A stretch of DNA of 34,281 nucleotides from an uncultured archaeon (GTDB lineage: Archaea; Aenigmatarchaeota; Aenigmatarchaeia; CG10238-14): the NCBI GenBank assembly GCA_964392445.1, contig CAYMPD010000012.1, forward strand, positions 1 through 34,281, given 5' to 3'. Each line of letters starts with the position of its first letter. Position 1 is the stretch's first letter. Below the pieces are notes generated by a model that worked only from the letters and a program-made list of their open reading frames with translations, had not been told where the DNA came from and did not search any database. This document shows positions 15,875-24,848 of the stretch, one piece after another. Made by a program: the position numbers and the translations under genes.

Positions 15875-17046
15875 AATAAATCCCTTAACAAATCTAATGA
15901 TTTTTTAGGCTCTTTAATTAAGAAAGGGAAAAGATAATGAATTATATGTTTATGAGATAAATCGTAATTATTTAAAAGATCTTCAGAGAACATTTTTTTT
16001 GAAATAAATTCAGTGTCATTTAGAAAATCTAAAACTTCTTCCAATTCTTCATTTGAATCTATTTTATCATATATTTTTCTAGTCATTAATTCCAATTTCA
16101 GAGATCTCAAATATTTTCCTTTCCATTTCTCTTCATATTCTACAAGGTTTTCTTCCGAAGGATCATCTATATGATTAAATAAAACTTCACCAATCATTCT
16201 CCCAATATTTAATCCAAAGTATATACCACCAGCACTTAAAGCCCCAGTCTGTCCTGCAGCATCTCCAATGACTAAAAACCTATCACCAAAAGTTTTTTTA
16301 ATGGGCCCAGAAATAGGAATTAGATTAGAACGTATTTCATCTATCTTAAAATTCTTCTCGATTCTATTACTGAAAAATTCTAATATTTCGTCCTTTATAT
16401 TAGTTTTACAAGGTGAATACCTACATAAACCAATATGAGACTTATTATTTGTATGAGGAGCTATCCATGTAGTATAACCAGGAGCAATATCATAATTGAA
16501 AAATAACTCCCAATACTTGAGATTTTTGGGCTTCAAACCCTCAACCATTAGTTCAAATCCAATCAAATATTTCTTCACATAATCTCCTGTAAGCTTCTCG
16601 ACAAGATCTCTATTAGAACCACATGCAAGGACAACAGTCTTTGATTCGTGAGAATTTATCTTTACTTTAGTTCTTTTAATATTGATGTCTTTGCATGGAG
16701 TATTTAGTTGAAATTTTACTCTCCATCTTTTACAGTCTTCAGCTAGATGTTTTTCAAAACCGGTAATATCCCCCATATAAAATCTAGGAACCCCAAAATC
16801 TATTTTAAAGGTTTTACCAGAAGGAGAAGTAAAATAAGATCCTTTTATGTCATCTATCAAATACCTTTTTGGGATATTAAAATCCTCTACGATTTTTTGT
16901 AAAAATATTCCTGTGGTTCTGACTGGCTTACCAATTTTTTTGTTCTTTTCTATTACCAAAACTTTTAAACCCTTCCTCGCAGCAGATAATGCAGATGAAA
17001 GTCCAGAAAATCCAGCACCTATCACAATAACATCATATGAACTCAT
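15871..17046 (-). CDS. Geranylgeranyl reductase family FAD-dependent oxidoreductase
   Basis: YDVIVIGAGFSG Rossmann motif, PGYTTWIAP, VIGDAAGQTGALSAGGIYFG. Confidence 0.85.
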   Translation of the reverse strand: MSSYDVIVIGAGFSGLSSALSAARKGLKVLVIEKNKKIGKPVRTTGIFLQKIVEDFNIPKRYLIDDIKGSYFTSPSGKTFKIDFGVPRFYMGDITGFEKHLAEDCKRWRVKFQLNTPCKDINIKRTKVKINSHESKTVVLACGSNRDLVEKLTGDYVKKYLIGFELMVEGLKPKNLKYWELFFNYDIAPGYTTWIAPHTNNKSHIGLCRYSPCKTNIKDEILEFFSNRIEKNFKIDEIRSNLIPISGPIKKTFGDRFLVIGDAAGQTGALSAGGIYFGLNIGRMIGEVLFNHIDDPSEENLVEYEEKWKGKYLRSLKLELMTRKIYDKIDSNEELEEVLDFLNDTEFISKKMFSEDLLNNYDLSHKHIIHYLFPFLIKEPKKSLDLLRDLF

Positions 17047-17083
17047 GTTTAATATTTTCCAGATCTAAATAAAAATAATTAAC

Positions 17084-17611
17084 CTAGAAATAATCCTTAA
17101 TCTTATGTCCCATTTCTTCATGTATCAACCAAAGAAACAACAAAACTGCATCCAAACCACTAAAAATCAACGCACCGAAGTCAGGATTAGCTAATCTTGG
17201 ATAAAATGTGCCAAAGAATTTACCAAATAAATCCCAACCCCAAACATAAGTAGAAACAGGAAAAAAGGGTCGAATAGTACCAGATAAAACCCCATCAAGT
17301 AAAAGATGAGTTGAAAACCCGAAAGCCATCATAATAAAATACAAGCATATCTTTCTCTTTTTAATGGAATCAAAATATAAAGCAAAGGCCAGAAACAGTA
17401 CTGGTATCCAAATATTATGTGTGTAAAGCCGATGTACGTTAGCATTAAGAAATATATGACCGATAGGAATGTCTATGTCGGGAAATAATCCTGCTAAACC
17501 TGCTAGAAGAACGTGTTTGTTTGTAAGGGCTTTAGTATTCTTAAGGATATGATCTCTGAATATATCTACGAGAATTATTGGTACTAGTATATGTGTGACG
17601 GCTAACGGCAT
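17084..17611 (-). CDS. Membrane-bound metal-dependent hydrolase (YdjM/DUF457-like)
   Basis: TH..., GLFPDID, HRLYTHN and HLLLD motifs within TM helices. Confidence 0.8.
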   Translation of the reverse strand: MPLAVTHILVPIILVDIFRDHILKNTKALTNKHVLLAGLAGLFPDIDIPIGHIFLNANVHRLYTHNIWIPVLFLAFALYFDSIKKRKICLYFIMMAFGFSTHLLLDGVLSGTIRPFFPVSTYVWGWDLFGKFFGTFYPRLANPDFGALIFSGLDAVLLFLWLIHEEMGHKIKDYF

Positions 17612-17643
17612 GAGAAATATTATTAGATTTCCTCAACTTAAAA

Positions 17644-18717
17644 CTATAACAAATCTTCGTCCACCAATTCTTCAACAAGAGGAGCGAGATATTTACCAAC
17701 ACCAAAACCAGCGTCCAAAACCCAGCCAGAGAGATTGTTAAAAGTATTTCGGATTCCAAATCCTTTTAGTATCGGCCATCTAAGTCTTTCTTTCCATTTT
17801 TCTTCATAGTTCTCTTTTAGGAAACTGTAATCGTATTTTTCTTCATTAAGCGATTTTTTACAAGCATCTGCAGCTATTCTGGCTGCTATCAACCCGTATA
17901 TTAATCCTCCACCAGAGAATGGTTTAACGTGACAAGCTGCATCGCCAGCAATTAAAGTTCTATCTGCGACCGAATCTTTGATCAATCCGTATTTTATTAC
18001 CCCAGAAACTTTATCTTTGGTTTGAGTTTTTTTACCCACCCTTTTTTCGATGAATTTTTCGAAGTAGTCACCAGATTTTCTAGGAGTCGCTAATCCTATT
18101 CTCGCCCATTTTCTGTTCTCAGGAACTAACCACGCAAAGAATCCAGGAGCTATATTGGAGCCAAACCAGAGTTCGCATGAATTCGAATCAAATTTTCCTT
18201 TCACTGTTTCTTGAACACCAACAACTATTTTATCGGGTTGAGGAAGCTTTGAAACTCTAGCAACAGTTGAATTGGGACCATCTGCTCCCACTAGAAGTTT
18301 TGTTTTGTAGTTTCCTTTGTTCGTCTGGATATTTAGAAAATTATCTTCTTTTTCATAACTTTTAAAAACAGTCTTTGTTTTAATTTCTACATTATTTTTT
18401 TTCGCCTTTCCAGCTATCTCCTTATCTAGAATCTCTCTATCTACGACATAAAAGGGTTTCTTGGATTTTAAAATCATGGAGTTACCATTAGGAGAGAGAA
18501 ACTTTGATTTAATCACTTTGTTCAAAACAATTGATTTCTTTGAAACACCTGAAAGTTTGAATATTCTATCACTGACAAAACCCGCACACTGAACCGGTTT
18601 ACCTATTTCTGGATTTTTTTCGAGGATTAATACTTTGTGATCCTTACCCAAAAGTTCCCCGACCTTACAACCTATCGGCCCAGCACCAACAATGATTACA
18701 TCCCAAACCTCTACCAT
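17644..18717 (-). CDS. Geranylgeranyl reductase family flavoprotein (DGGR-like)
   Basis: DVIIVGAGPIG, IGKPVQCAG, LLVGADGPNSTVAR, PGFFAWLVP, GDAACHVKPFSGGGL. Confidence 0.9.
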   Translation of the reverse strand: MVEVWDVIIVGAGPIGCKVGELLGKDHKVLILEKNPEIGKPVQCAGFVSDRIFKLSGVSKKSIVLNKVIKSKFLSPNGNSMILKSKKPFYVVDREILDKEIAGKAKKNNVEIKTKTVFKSYEKEDNFLNIQTNKGNYKTKLLVGADGPNSTVARVSKLPQPDKIVVGVQETVKGKFDSNSCELWFGSNIAPGFFAWLVPENRKWARIGLATPRKSGDYFEKFIEKRVGKKTQTKDKVSGVIKYGLIKDSVADRTLIAGDAACHVKPFSGGGLIYGLIAARIAADACKKSLNEEKYDYSFLKENYEEKWKERLRWPILKGFGIRNTFNNLSGWVLDAGFGVGKYLAPLVEELVDEDLL

Positions 18718-18760
18718 ACAAACAAATAGAAAATATAACTACAAAAATGTAATAGTCAAC

Positions 18761-19678
18761 ATGCGAAAAGTTATGATCCTCGCCCTCGGGGGCAATATGA
18801 TTAAAAAAGCAAAAGAGAAGGGAACATTTGAGGAGCAATACAAGAATGTGAACGAGAGTTGTGAACAAATTGTCAAGATAATCAAGCAAGGATGGGATGT
18901 TATTATAACAACAGGTAATGGTCCTCAAGTTGGAAATCTTCTTCTCCAACAGGAATTTTCAAAAGATAAAATACCACCGATGCCTCTCGATGTTTGCGGA
19001 GCTTTAAGCCAGGGAGAAATAGGATATCTGGTTCAACAAATACTACTGAATAAATTAAAGAAAAATAAGATTAGAAAAAAAGTTGTTACTATCATTACTC
19101 AAGTTCTGGTCGATAAAAATGATCCCGAATTCGATAATCCTTCAAAACCAATAGGTACATTCTACGAAAAGAAAAATAATAGATTCCCAATGGTCCATCA
19201 AACAGGAAAAGGTTGGAGAAGGGTTGTCCCGTCACCTGATCCAAAACAAATAATCGAAAAGGAGCAAATCAAAGACCTCGTGGAAGAAGGGGATGTTGTT
19301 ATCGCTTGTGTGGGCGGGGGAATACCAGTTATTGAAAGCGGGGGAGAACTCAGAGGAATAGAAGGTGTTATTGACAAAGACTTAGCCTCAGAAAAACTAG
19401 CAGAGGATTTAGGTATCAAAACCATGATGATACTTACTGATGTGGATAATGTTTACTTGAATTACGGGAAGAAGAACCAGAAAAAACTCGGTCAAGTAAA
19501 ATTAAAGGATATCAAAGAATACCAAAAACAAGGTTATTTTCCAAAAGGAAGTATGGGACCAAAAATAGAAGCTTCTATAAGACTGCTAGAAAGCGAGGGA
19601 GAAGAAGTTTTTATCACATCACCAAGATTAGCAACAGAGTGTTTAAAAGGAAAAACAGGAACTGCACTAACCAGATAA
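18761..19678 (+). CDS. arcC: Carbamate kinase
   Basis: ALGGN, GNGPQVG, SQGEIGY, PSKPIG, GWRRVVPSPDP, GVIDKDLAS, GSMGPKIEA. The ATG at 18761 is preferred over 18692, which overlaps the divergent gene. Confidence 0.93.
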   Translation: MRKVMILALGGNMIKKAKEKGTFEEQYKNVNESCEQIVKIIKQGWDVIITTGNGPQVGNLLLQQEFSKDKIPPMPLDVCGALSQGEIGYLVQQILLNKLKKNKIRKKVVTIITQVLVDKNDPEFDNPSKPIGTFYEKKNNRFPMVHQTGKGWRRVVPSPDPKQIIEKEQIKDLVEEGDVVIACVGGGIPVIESGGELRGIEGVIDKDLASEKLAEDLGIKTMMILTDVDNVYLNYGKKNQKKLGQVKLKDIKEYQKQGYFPKGSMGPKIEASIRLLESEGEEVFITSPRLATECLKGKTGTALTR

Positions 19679-19716
19679 GAATAAAAAATGTAATCGTTAA
19701 TAATTATCAGAACTTC

Positions 19717-19832
19717 GGGGTCTTGGCTCAACTCGGCAGAGCGTCTGGCTCCAGTACATTTGTACATGGAACTTTGATGTAAAGATGATAGAAGAAACCA
19801 GAAGGTTGGGGGTTCAAATCCCTCAGACCCCA
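19717..19832 (+). tRNA. tRNA-Trp(CCA) with a 42-nt intron at position 37/38 (19755-19796)
   Basis: GGGGTCT/AGACCCC acceptor, GCTC/GAGC D-stem, TCTGG-CT-CCA-G[intron]A-CCAGA anticodon arm, GGGGG-TTCAAAT-CCCTC T-arm, and a relaxed bulge-helix-bulge (CTCC/GAAG). Confidence 0.92.
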
Positions 19833-20399
19833 TTACTTCTTTTTCTTATCAGAATCTATTATTTCTTTGATCTTTCCTTTTCTCGGAAATTCCTTCAAGA
19901 AACGGATTAATATCATTCTCGCTAATGGAGTGAACTTTTCAGAATTTAACTTATCAATAATTTCTTTAATCGATATGAATTCACTTTTAATAGAATTTAT
20001 CTCATGTTCATCAAATACCGGTTCATTATTTTCATCAACTATACAAAGATATACAAAACCAAAATGTCCCAAATCGTCAATAAAAACATTATCTTTGAAT
20101 ACTCTCCTAGTAAATATAGGTTTTAATTTTGTTTCCTCATACAACTCCCTAATCGCTGCATTTTCTGGGGTTTCACCAAAATCTATATGGCCAGCTGGCA
20201 AACCGTTATAATCAGGATATACATAGCTTTTTTCTTTTCTTCTTATTATTAAAATTTTACCATCTGATTCCAAAACTATGCAAAGAACCACACCCTGCAA
20301 AATTTTCTCTTTATCAGCTTTAGAAAACTCTACTGGATAAAATTCGTATATTAGGCTATTATTTTTTCCTTTTAATTTAATACCTGATATTTTAGTCAT
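19833..20399 (-). CDS. Nudix hydrolase
   Basis: Nudix box GHIDFGETPENAAIRELYEETKL. Confidence 0.9.
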   Translation of the reverse strand: MTKISGIKLKGKNNSLIYEFYPVEFSKADKEKILQGVVLCIVLESDGKILIIRRKEKSYVYPDYNGLPAGHIDFGETPENAAIRELYEETKLKPIFTRRVFKDNVFIDDLGHFGFVYLCIVDENNEPVFDEHEINSIKSEFISIKEIIDKLNSEKFTPLARMILIRFLKEFPRKGKIKEIIDSDKKKK

Positions 20400-20409
20400 T
20401 TATTTTCAC

Positions 20410-21387
20410 TTATTCTATAATTGTTCCAGGATATAATTCTTGTTCACCTTCAACAACACAATCAGCACCAACATAAATACCTAATCTCCCAGGGTCTATA
20501 GAAAGGCCATTCCCCAGAGGATCAATATTTTCTGGAAGTCCTCTATCTCTTATTTTGAGTTCGTCACCTATTACAACTCCTGGGCCTATCACTGACTTTC
20601 TAATATTTACTTCTCTCCCCAATCTTGCGCCTCGCATGACAATAGAATCTTCTACTACTGAACTATCACCGACGTTAGCTGTTGGATCAATAGTATCAGT
20701 CTCAATTCCCCGAATTTCTCTTACATATGCATCAGCTTCTACCCATTCCCAAGGATAATTTGCATTTATAACAGGTGAATCAGGTCTATACCAAGTGAGA
20801 GGAATGCCTCTTTTTCTCGCTTCAGACATCATTTCTACTATATTTTTATCCAAATCTCCTGAGAAAATATATCTTAAAAATTCACTTGTCAAAAGATAAA
20901 GGGGTTGAACAGTTAAACAGGATTTTAGTTTATCTATTTTCCTAAAACCCATTTCCTCATCGATAAATTCATAATAACCTGTTGGATAATCACAATCAGC
21001 AACTACTACTACCGAAGATCCTTTTTTTTCGTGAAGTTTTAGCATCTCTCTAATTACCTGAGGTGAATAGACCATATCCGTATGGGATGTTATTACAGTA
21101 TCCTCATCTAGTACCTCATTTTGGAATAAATTTAATATTTTTTGGGTAACGGCTCTTTCCTTGTATCTACGGACATATCCTAAGGGTTCCAGAGTTCCTC
21201 GACAATCATAATGATCGTCTTCTAGGGCAAAATAAAATTCTGGGGATCCAAGAACTTCTTGGAATAAATCTAACTCATAACCTAGAAATGTTGTGTCAGC
21301 TACTGGTAAAAAACCTTTAGGTCCATAAATTGGTCTTATTCTATTTCCATCCCCACCAACTGGCAGTATAACCTTCATTTCTATCAT
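20410..21387 (-). CDS. Sugar-phosphate nucleotidyltransferase family protein with C-terminal left-handed beta-helix (divergent)
   Basis: ILPVGGDGNRIRP...PKGFLPV N-terminal motif and hexapeptide repeats at the C-terminus. Confidence 0.75.
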   Translation of the reverse strand: MIEMKVILPVGGDGNRIRPIYGPKGFLPVADTTFLGYELDLFQEVLGSPEFYFALEDDHYDCRGTLEPLGYVRRYKERAVTQKILNLFQNEVLDEDTVITSHTDMVYSPQVIREMLKLHEKKGSSVVVVADCDYPTGYYEFIDEEMGFRKIDKLKSCLTVQPLYLLTSEFLRYIFSGDLDKNIVEMMSEARKRGIPLTWYRPDSPVINANYPWEWVEADAYVREIRGIETDTIDPTANVGDSSVVEDSIVMRGARLGREVNIRKSVIGPGVVIGDELKIRDRGLPENIDPLGNGLSIDPGRLGIYVGADCVVEGEQELYPGTIIE

Positions 21388-21423
21388 GCTAAAATTAAAA
21401 CACTACAAATTTAAACCAAACGG

Positions 21424-22404
21424 TTAGAAAAGATGGGTCTTAATTACCTTTGAACCATCACCTATTTTATTATGAATAGTTTTAATCACACAATCCATCT
21501 TACTTAATCTTTTTTCCACCTCATTCACGTAATCTGGTAGAGTTAATAAATGCAAATTGTGTCCTGCATCCATACTGAAAAAAATTTCTAATCCTTCATT
21601 CCTCCATTCCTGGACTTTTAACATAACCCCTACAGTTTCTGGAAGCCAATAATATATAGGAGGATCAGATGTCATAGTAATAGTATGCATACTGATAGTA
21701 TCTAATTCTGAGAAACGACCTAATGTCTTAAAATCTTTATTCAAAATTGCGTTCTTTAACTTTTCGTAATATTTCTTTAAACCTTCAAGACGAAATTCAT
21801 ACAAAGGGCTTGAAAATGCTCTATTATGCCCTTCTGTGGAACTAGATGGCTTTTTATCTGAGTTCACTATGACTATAATATCACGGACATCAAAATGTTC
21901 TTTCGGAGCTATCTGAACCGCGTAACTGTTTTCAGAGGATTTTCCTTTCTTCCATTCAACAAACCCACCAGAAATGGATCGAGAGGCAGAACCAGAACCT
22001 AATCTCGCTAGAATTGAAAGTTCCTTTTCGCTTAAATTTAATTCTAATGCTGAATCCACTGCTGTGGCTAAAGCCGCGAAACCCGAAGCTGAAGAACCTA
22101 AGCCCACACTTAATAGAAAATTATTCTCAGAATATACCTTAGCAAATAAATCCACCTTTTCTCTTTTTCTAACAGTATCCAAAAATTTCACAACTCTATC
22201 TTCTTTATGATCATCAATTTTATTTCCATCTAGGATGAAAACATCTCTTTTAAAATCCTCTGAGAACTCAACCGTTGTTGTAGTAGTTAAATTGTTTAGA
22301 GACATGGAGATGCTAGAATTCATAGGCAAATTTAATTCTATGTCTTTCTTTCCCCAATATTTTATAAGAGCTAAATTTGAATGTGCTACAGCAGTTGCTT
22401 TCAT
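21424..22404 (-). CDS. mvaD: Mevalonate (di)phosphate decarboxylase, GHMP family (MVD or phosphomevalonate decarboxylase)
   Basis: NLALIKYWGK, PMNSSIS, GLGSSASGFAA, RLGSGSASRSISGG, SMDAGHN. Confidence 0.88.
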   Translation of the reverse strand: MKATAVAHSNLALIKYWGKKDIELNLPMNSSISMSLNNLTTTTTVEFSEDFKRDVFILDGNKIDDHKEDRVVKFLDTVRKREKVDLFAKVYSENNFLLSVGLGSSASGFAALATAVDSALELNLSEKELSILARLGSGSASRSISGGFVEWKKGKSSENSYAVQIAPKEHFDVRDIIVIVNSDKKPSSSTEGHNRAFSSPLYEFRLEGLKKYYEKLKNAILNKDFKTLGRFSELDTISMHTITMTSDPPIYYWLPETVGVMLKVQEWRNEGLEIFFSMDAGHNLHLLTLPDYVNEVEKRLSKMDCVIKTIHNKIGDGSKVIKTHLF

Positions 22405-22413
22405 ATAAATCTC

Positions 22414-22914
22414 CTACAAGAACTCAACACTCTTCTTCAACCAATAAGTATATTCGTCCTCATTATTTGTAATTCTTTCTCTCAGTTCTTTCAATGAAAC
22501 AAAATCAACTTCGCTCATCTCTTCTGGATTAGGTTCTATTTCATCGTCAGAAAAACATTCAAAAACTCCACACATCTCATTATCTATCAAATCTCCTTCC
22601 TTAGTCCTATATTCAAAAACAGTAATTTTCTTTAAGTTTTCTTTTTTTATATCCAGGAATAACTCATCTTTTATTCTTCTAACTGCAGCATCCTCATAAC
22701 TCTCCCCGAGATAAGGGTGTCCCGCTACAGAACAATCCCATAAATTTGAGGCCAAGTATTTCTCCTCACATCTTCTTTGAATTAGAATTTGATTTTCAGA
22801 ATTTTTTATAAAAACAACAAACCCTCTATGTCTTAAACCCCCAGTATGAACTTTCATCTTTTCCTCTTTTCCTAGAATATTATTCTTCTCATCAGCTAAA
22901 GTCAACCATTCCAT
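22414..22914 (-). CDS. idi: Isopentenyl-diphosphate delta-isomerase, type 1 (Nudix-like)
   Basis: KMKVH..GLRHRGF, LIQRR, WDCSVAGHP, AAVRRIKDEL, (E/D)NEMC, PNPEEMSE. Confidence 0.85.
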   Translation of the reverse strand: MEWLTLADEKNNILGKEEKMKVHTGGLRHRGFVVFIKNSENQILIQRRCEEKYLASNLWDCSVAGHPYLGESYEDAAVRRIKDELFLDIKKENLKKITVFEYRTKEGDLIDNEMCGVFECFSDDEIEPNPEEMSEVDFVSLKELRERITNNEDEYTYWLKKSVEFL

Positions 22915-22926
22915 TTTAATCCCCTT

Positions 22927-23730
22927 TTAAACTATTTTTGTTCCAACCTCTTTACCTGATAAAACGTCAAACAAACTATTCTCTTTTAACCCATTAATAA
23001 TATAACAATTTATTCCTTCTCCCGCTATCCTGGACAATTTTTTTACTTTAGATGACATTCCACCTGTCACATCACTACTTTTAGAGTATTCTACCAACTT
23101 AGATGAATCTAGAATTTTGATCAATTTTGCATCAGGATGTCCTTTCGGATCTTTATTATAAACCCCATCAACATCCGTCACCATAACAACCCTTTCAGGT
23201 TTAAATTTCAGGGATAAATTAACACAAATATCATCTCCAGATATAACTTCGAATTTTCCTAATCTTCCCTTATCTGCGTGGACAATATCTCCGTAAGTGG
23301 AAACTATAGTAGTTTTTTCAAGCCCCCTTTCAGCTTCTTTTTCGAGTTTTTCAGTATCAAAATTTCCCTTCTCGTAAAAACAAGTTTCATAAGGATCTAT
23401 TGTCGTAACGGAAAATTTTTCTTCAGCCAATTTACAGACCTTTGAATTTAGAAGTTTTACGGATTTATGAATTGTCTCTGGTCCCACCTCTTTACCTTTA
23501 AGAAAATCTTTAACCAGGCCATGTCCGAAACAACCCGCACCCGTAATTAGGATTAAATTAAATGGTTCCTTCTTATGAAACCTATAAAGTTTATCAAAAG
23601 GCCCCTCAATAACATCAAATCTAATATATTTGTCAGAATTTTTAACTATCTTATCATAATCATTAGGAAAGTCGAGGGTTTTCTTGGTTATTAATGAACC
23701 ACCAAATTTTACAACAAACAAATCTTTCAT
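22927..23730 (-). CDS. ipk: Isopentenyl phosphate kinase (amino-acid kinase family)
   Basis: KFGGSLITKK, GAGCFGH, GDIV, ISGDD, TDVDGVY.KDP, DVTGGM..K; located beside MVA genes. Confidence 0.85.
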   Translation of the reverse strand: MKDLFVVKFGGSLITKKTLDFPNDYDKIVKNSDKYIRFDVIEGPFDKLYRFHKKEPFNLILITGAGCFGHGLVKDFLKGKEVGPETIHKSVKLLNSKVCKLAEEKFSVTTIDPYETCFYEKGNFDTEKLEKEAERGLEKTTIVSTYGDIVHADKGRLGKFEVISGDDICVNLSLKFKPERVVMVTDVDGVYNKDPKGHPDAKLIKILDSSKLVEYSKSSDVTGGMSSKVKKLSRIAGEGINCYIINGLKENSLFDVLSGKEVGTKIV

Positions 23731-24444
23731 CTACTTACCAAAATTTCTTTTAACGTCCGTGAACCACTTTACAGCCTTCATTAACTCTTTCTTATCAAAA
23801 TCCGGCCAAAGGGTTTCAGTAAAATAGAACTCAGTATATACCATCTGCCATGGGAGAAAATTAGATAATCTCTTCATCCCACCAGTTCTTATTAACAAGT
23901 CAACATCATTCTTGACAAATAGATTCTCTTGAACTGTTTTCTCGGTTATCTTGATTCTTCCTGTTCTTCGAGCCAAATCTACCATCTTTTTAACCATCTC
24001 TGTAATCTCGAACCTCCCTCCGTAACAGATTAGAATGTTTAGGATTCTTTTGTGGTATTTTTTTGTTTTTTTCATAACTTTTTTCATTGAATTAACTAAG
24101 TCCGATGGCAGTTTCTTAAAATTCCCGAAAAATCTCACTTGAACTTCGTATTTCTCGAGCAGGCTTTTATCTTCTTTTAACTCTTGGTCCCATTTATTGG
24201 AATATTCCTTAAAAAGTTTGAATAGTTCTTTAACTTCTCTCTGGGATCTTTTCAGGTTTTCCGTCGACAGAACATAAGCTGATATTTCCGATACTCCTAA
24301 ATCCAAACAGTTTTCAAAAAATTTCTCAAGCGTATCCATACCATGTCTATGGCCTTTCCAAGGACGCATTCCACGTTTTCTTGCCCACCTTCTATTACCG
24401 TCTATTATTACACCAACATGATCTGGTATCTTAAGATTTTCCAT
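23731..24444 (-). CDS. uppS: cis-prenyltransferase (undecaprenyl/polyprenyl diphosphate synthase)
   Basis: IPDHVGVIIDGNRRWA, STENLKRS.EV, YGGRFEI, DLLIRTGG..RLSNFLPWQ..YTE. The start is placed at ATG 24444. Confidence 0.93.
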   Translation of the reverse strand: MENLKIPDHVGVIIDGNRRWARKRGMRPWKGHRHGMDTLEKFFENCLDLGVSEISAYVLSTENLKRSQREVKELFKLFKEYSNKWDQELKEDKSLLEKYEVQVRFFGNFKKLPSDLVNSMKKVMKKTKKYHKRILNILICYGGRFEITEMVKKMVDLARRTGRIKITEKTVQENLFVKNDVDLLIRTGGMKRLSNFLPWQMVYTEFYFTETLWPDFDKKELMKAVKWFTDVKRNFGK

Positions 24445-24541
24445 AATTACACACTCTTTTTTAATTAAATGTGTTGTTAATGTTTTTATTTTTATCTTAA
24501 TTAGGAGAAAATAATCCAAAAAAAAGAAAAAATAGGATGGG

Positions 24542-24664
24542 TTAGAGCATTAAAGCCAAAATCTTACTTCTACTGGACGTTTCCCCACACCTCAAGCAAA
24601 TACTAGTTGAAACTATTCCATGACTAAAACTGAATCTTTCAAATCCACCACATTTATTACACAT
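24542..24664 (-). CDS. 40-aa zinc-ribbon micro-protein (CxxC-x16-CxxC)
   Basis: The ATG is preceded by GGGGTGAGGAAT (SD). Sequence MCNKCGG...CLRCGETSS. The longer 86-aa call has no support. Confidence 0.6.
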   Translation of the reverse strand: MCNKCGGFERFSFSHGIVSTSICLRCGETSSRSKILALML

Positions 24665-24848
24665 ATTCCTCACCCCAAAGGGTTTAGGGAGGGCCCTCTC
24701 CCGCTGACAATAAATTGATACTATAAGAATAACCGTCTTTGGAAGGGGTAAGGTTGGAATGAAGATTGAAAAGAAAGCACTAAAACCAAGATAAAACACC
24801 AAAGAAAGAATAAAATACTATAAAAAAATCAAATGACGAACAAGAATC

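Noticed and set aside
15034-19832. Integrated element at tRNA-Thr or tRNA-Trp
   Set aside because: No integrase or transposase, and I found no duplicated tRNA 3' end (att site). Flanking genes are housekeeping-like.
24665-24802. N-terminal extension of the 86-aa ORF call
   Set aside because: The SD-linked ATG at 24664 gives a clean zinc-ribbon protein, and the extension has no recognisable features.
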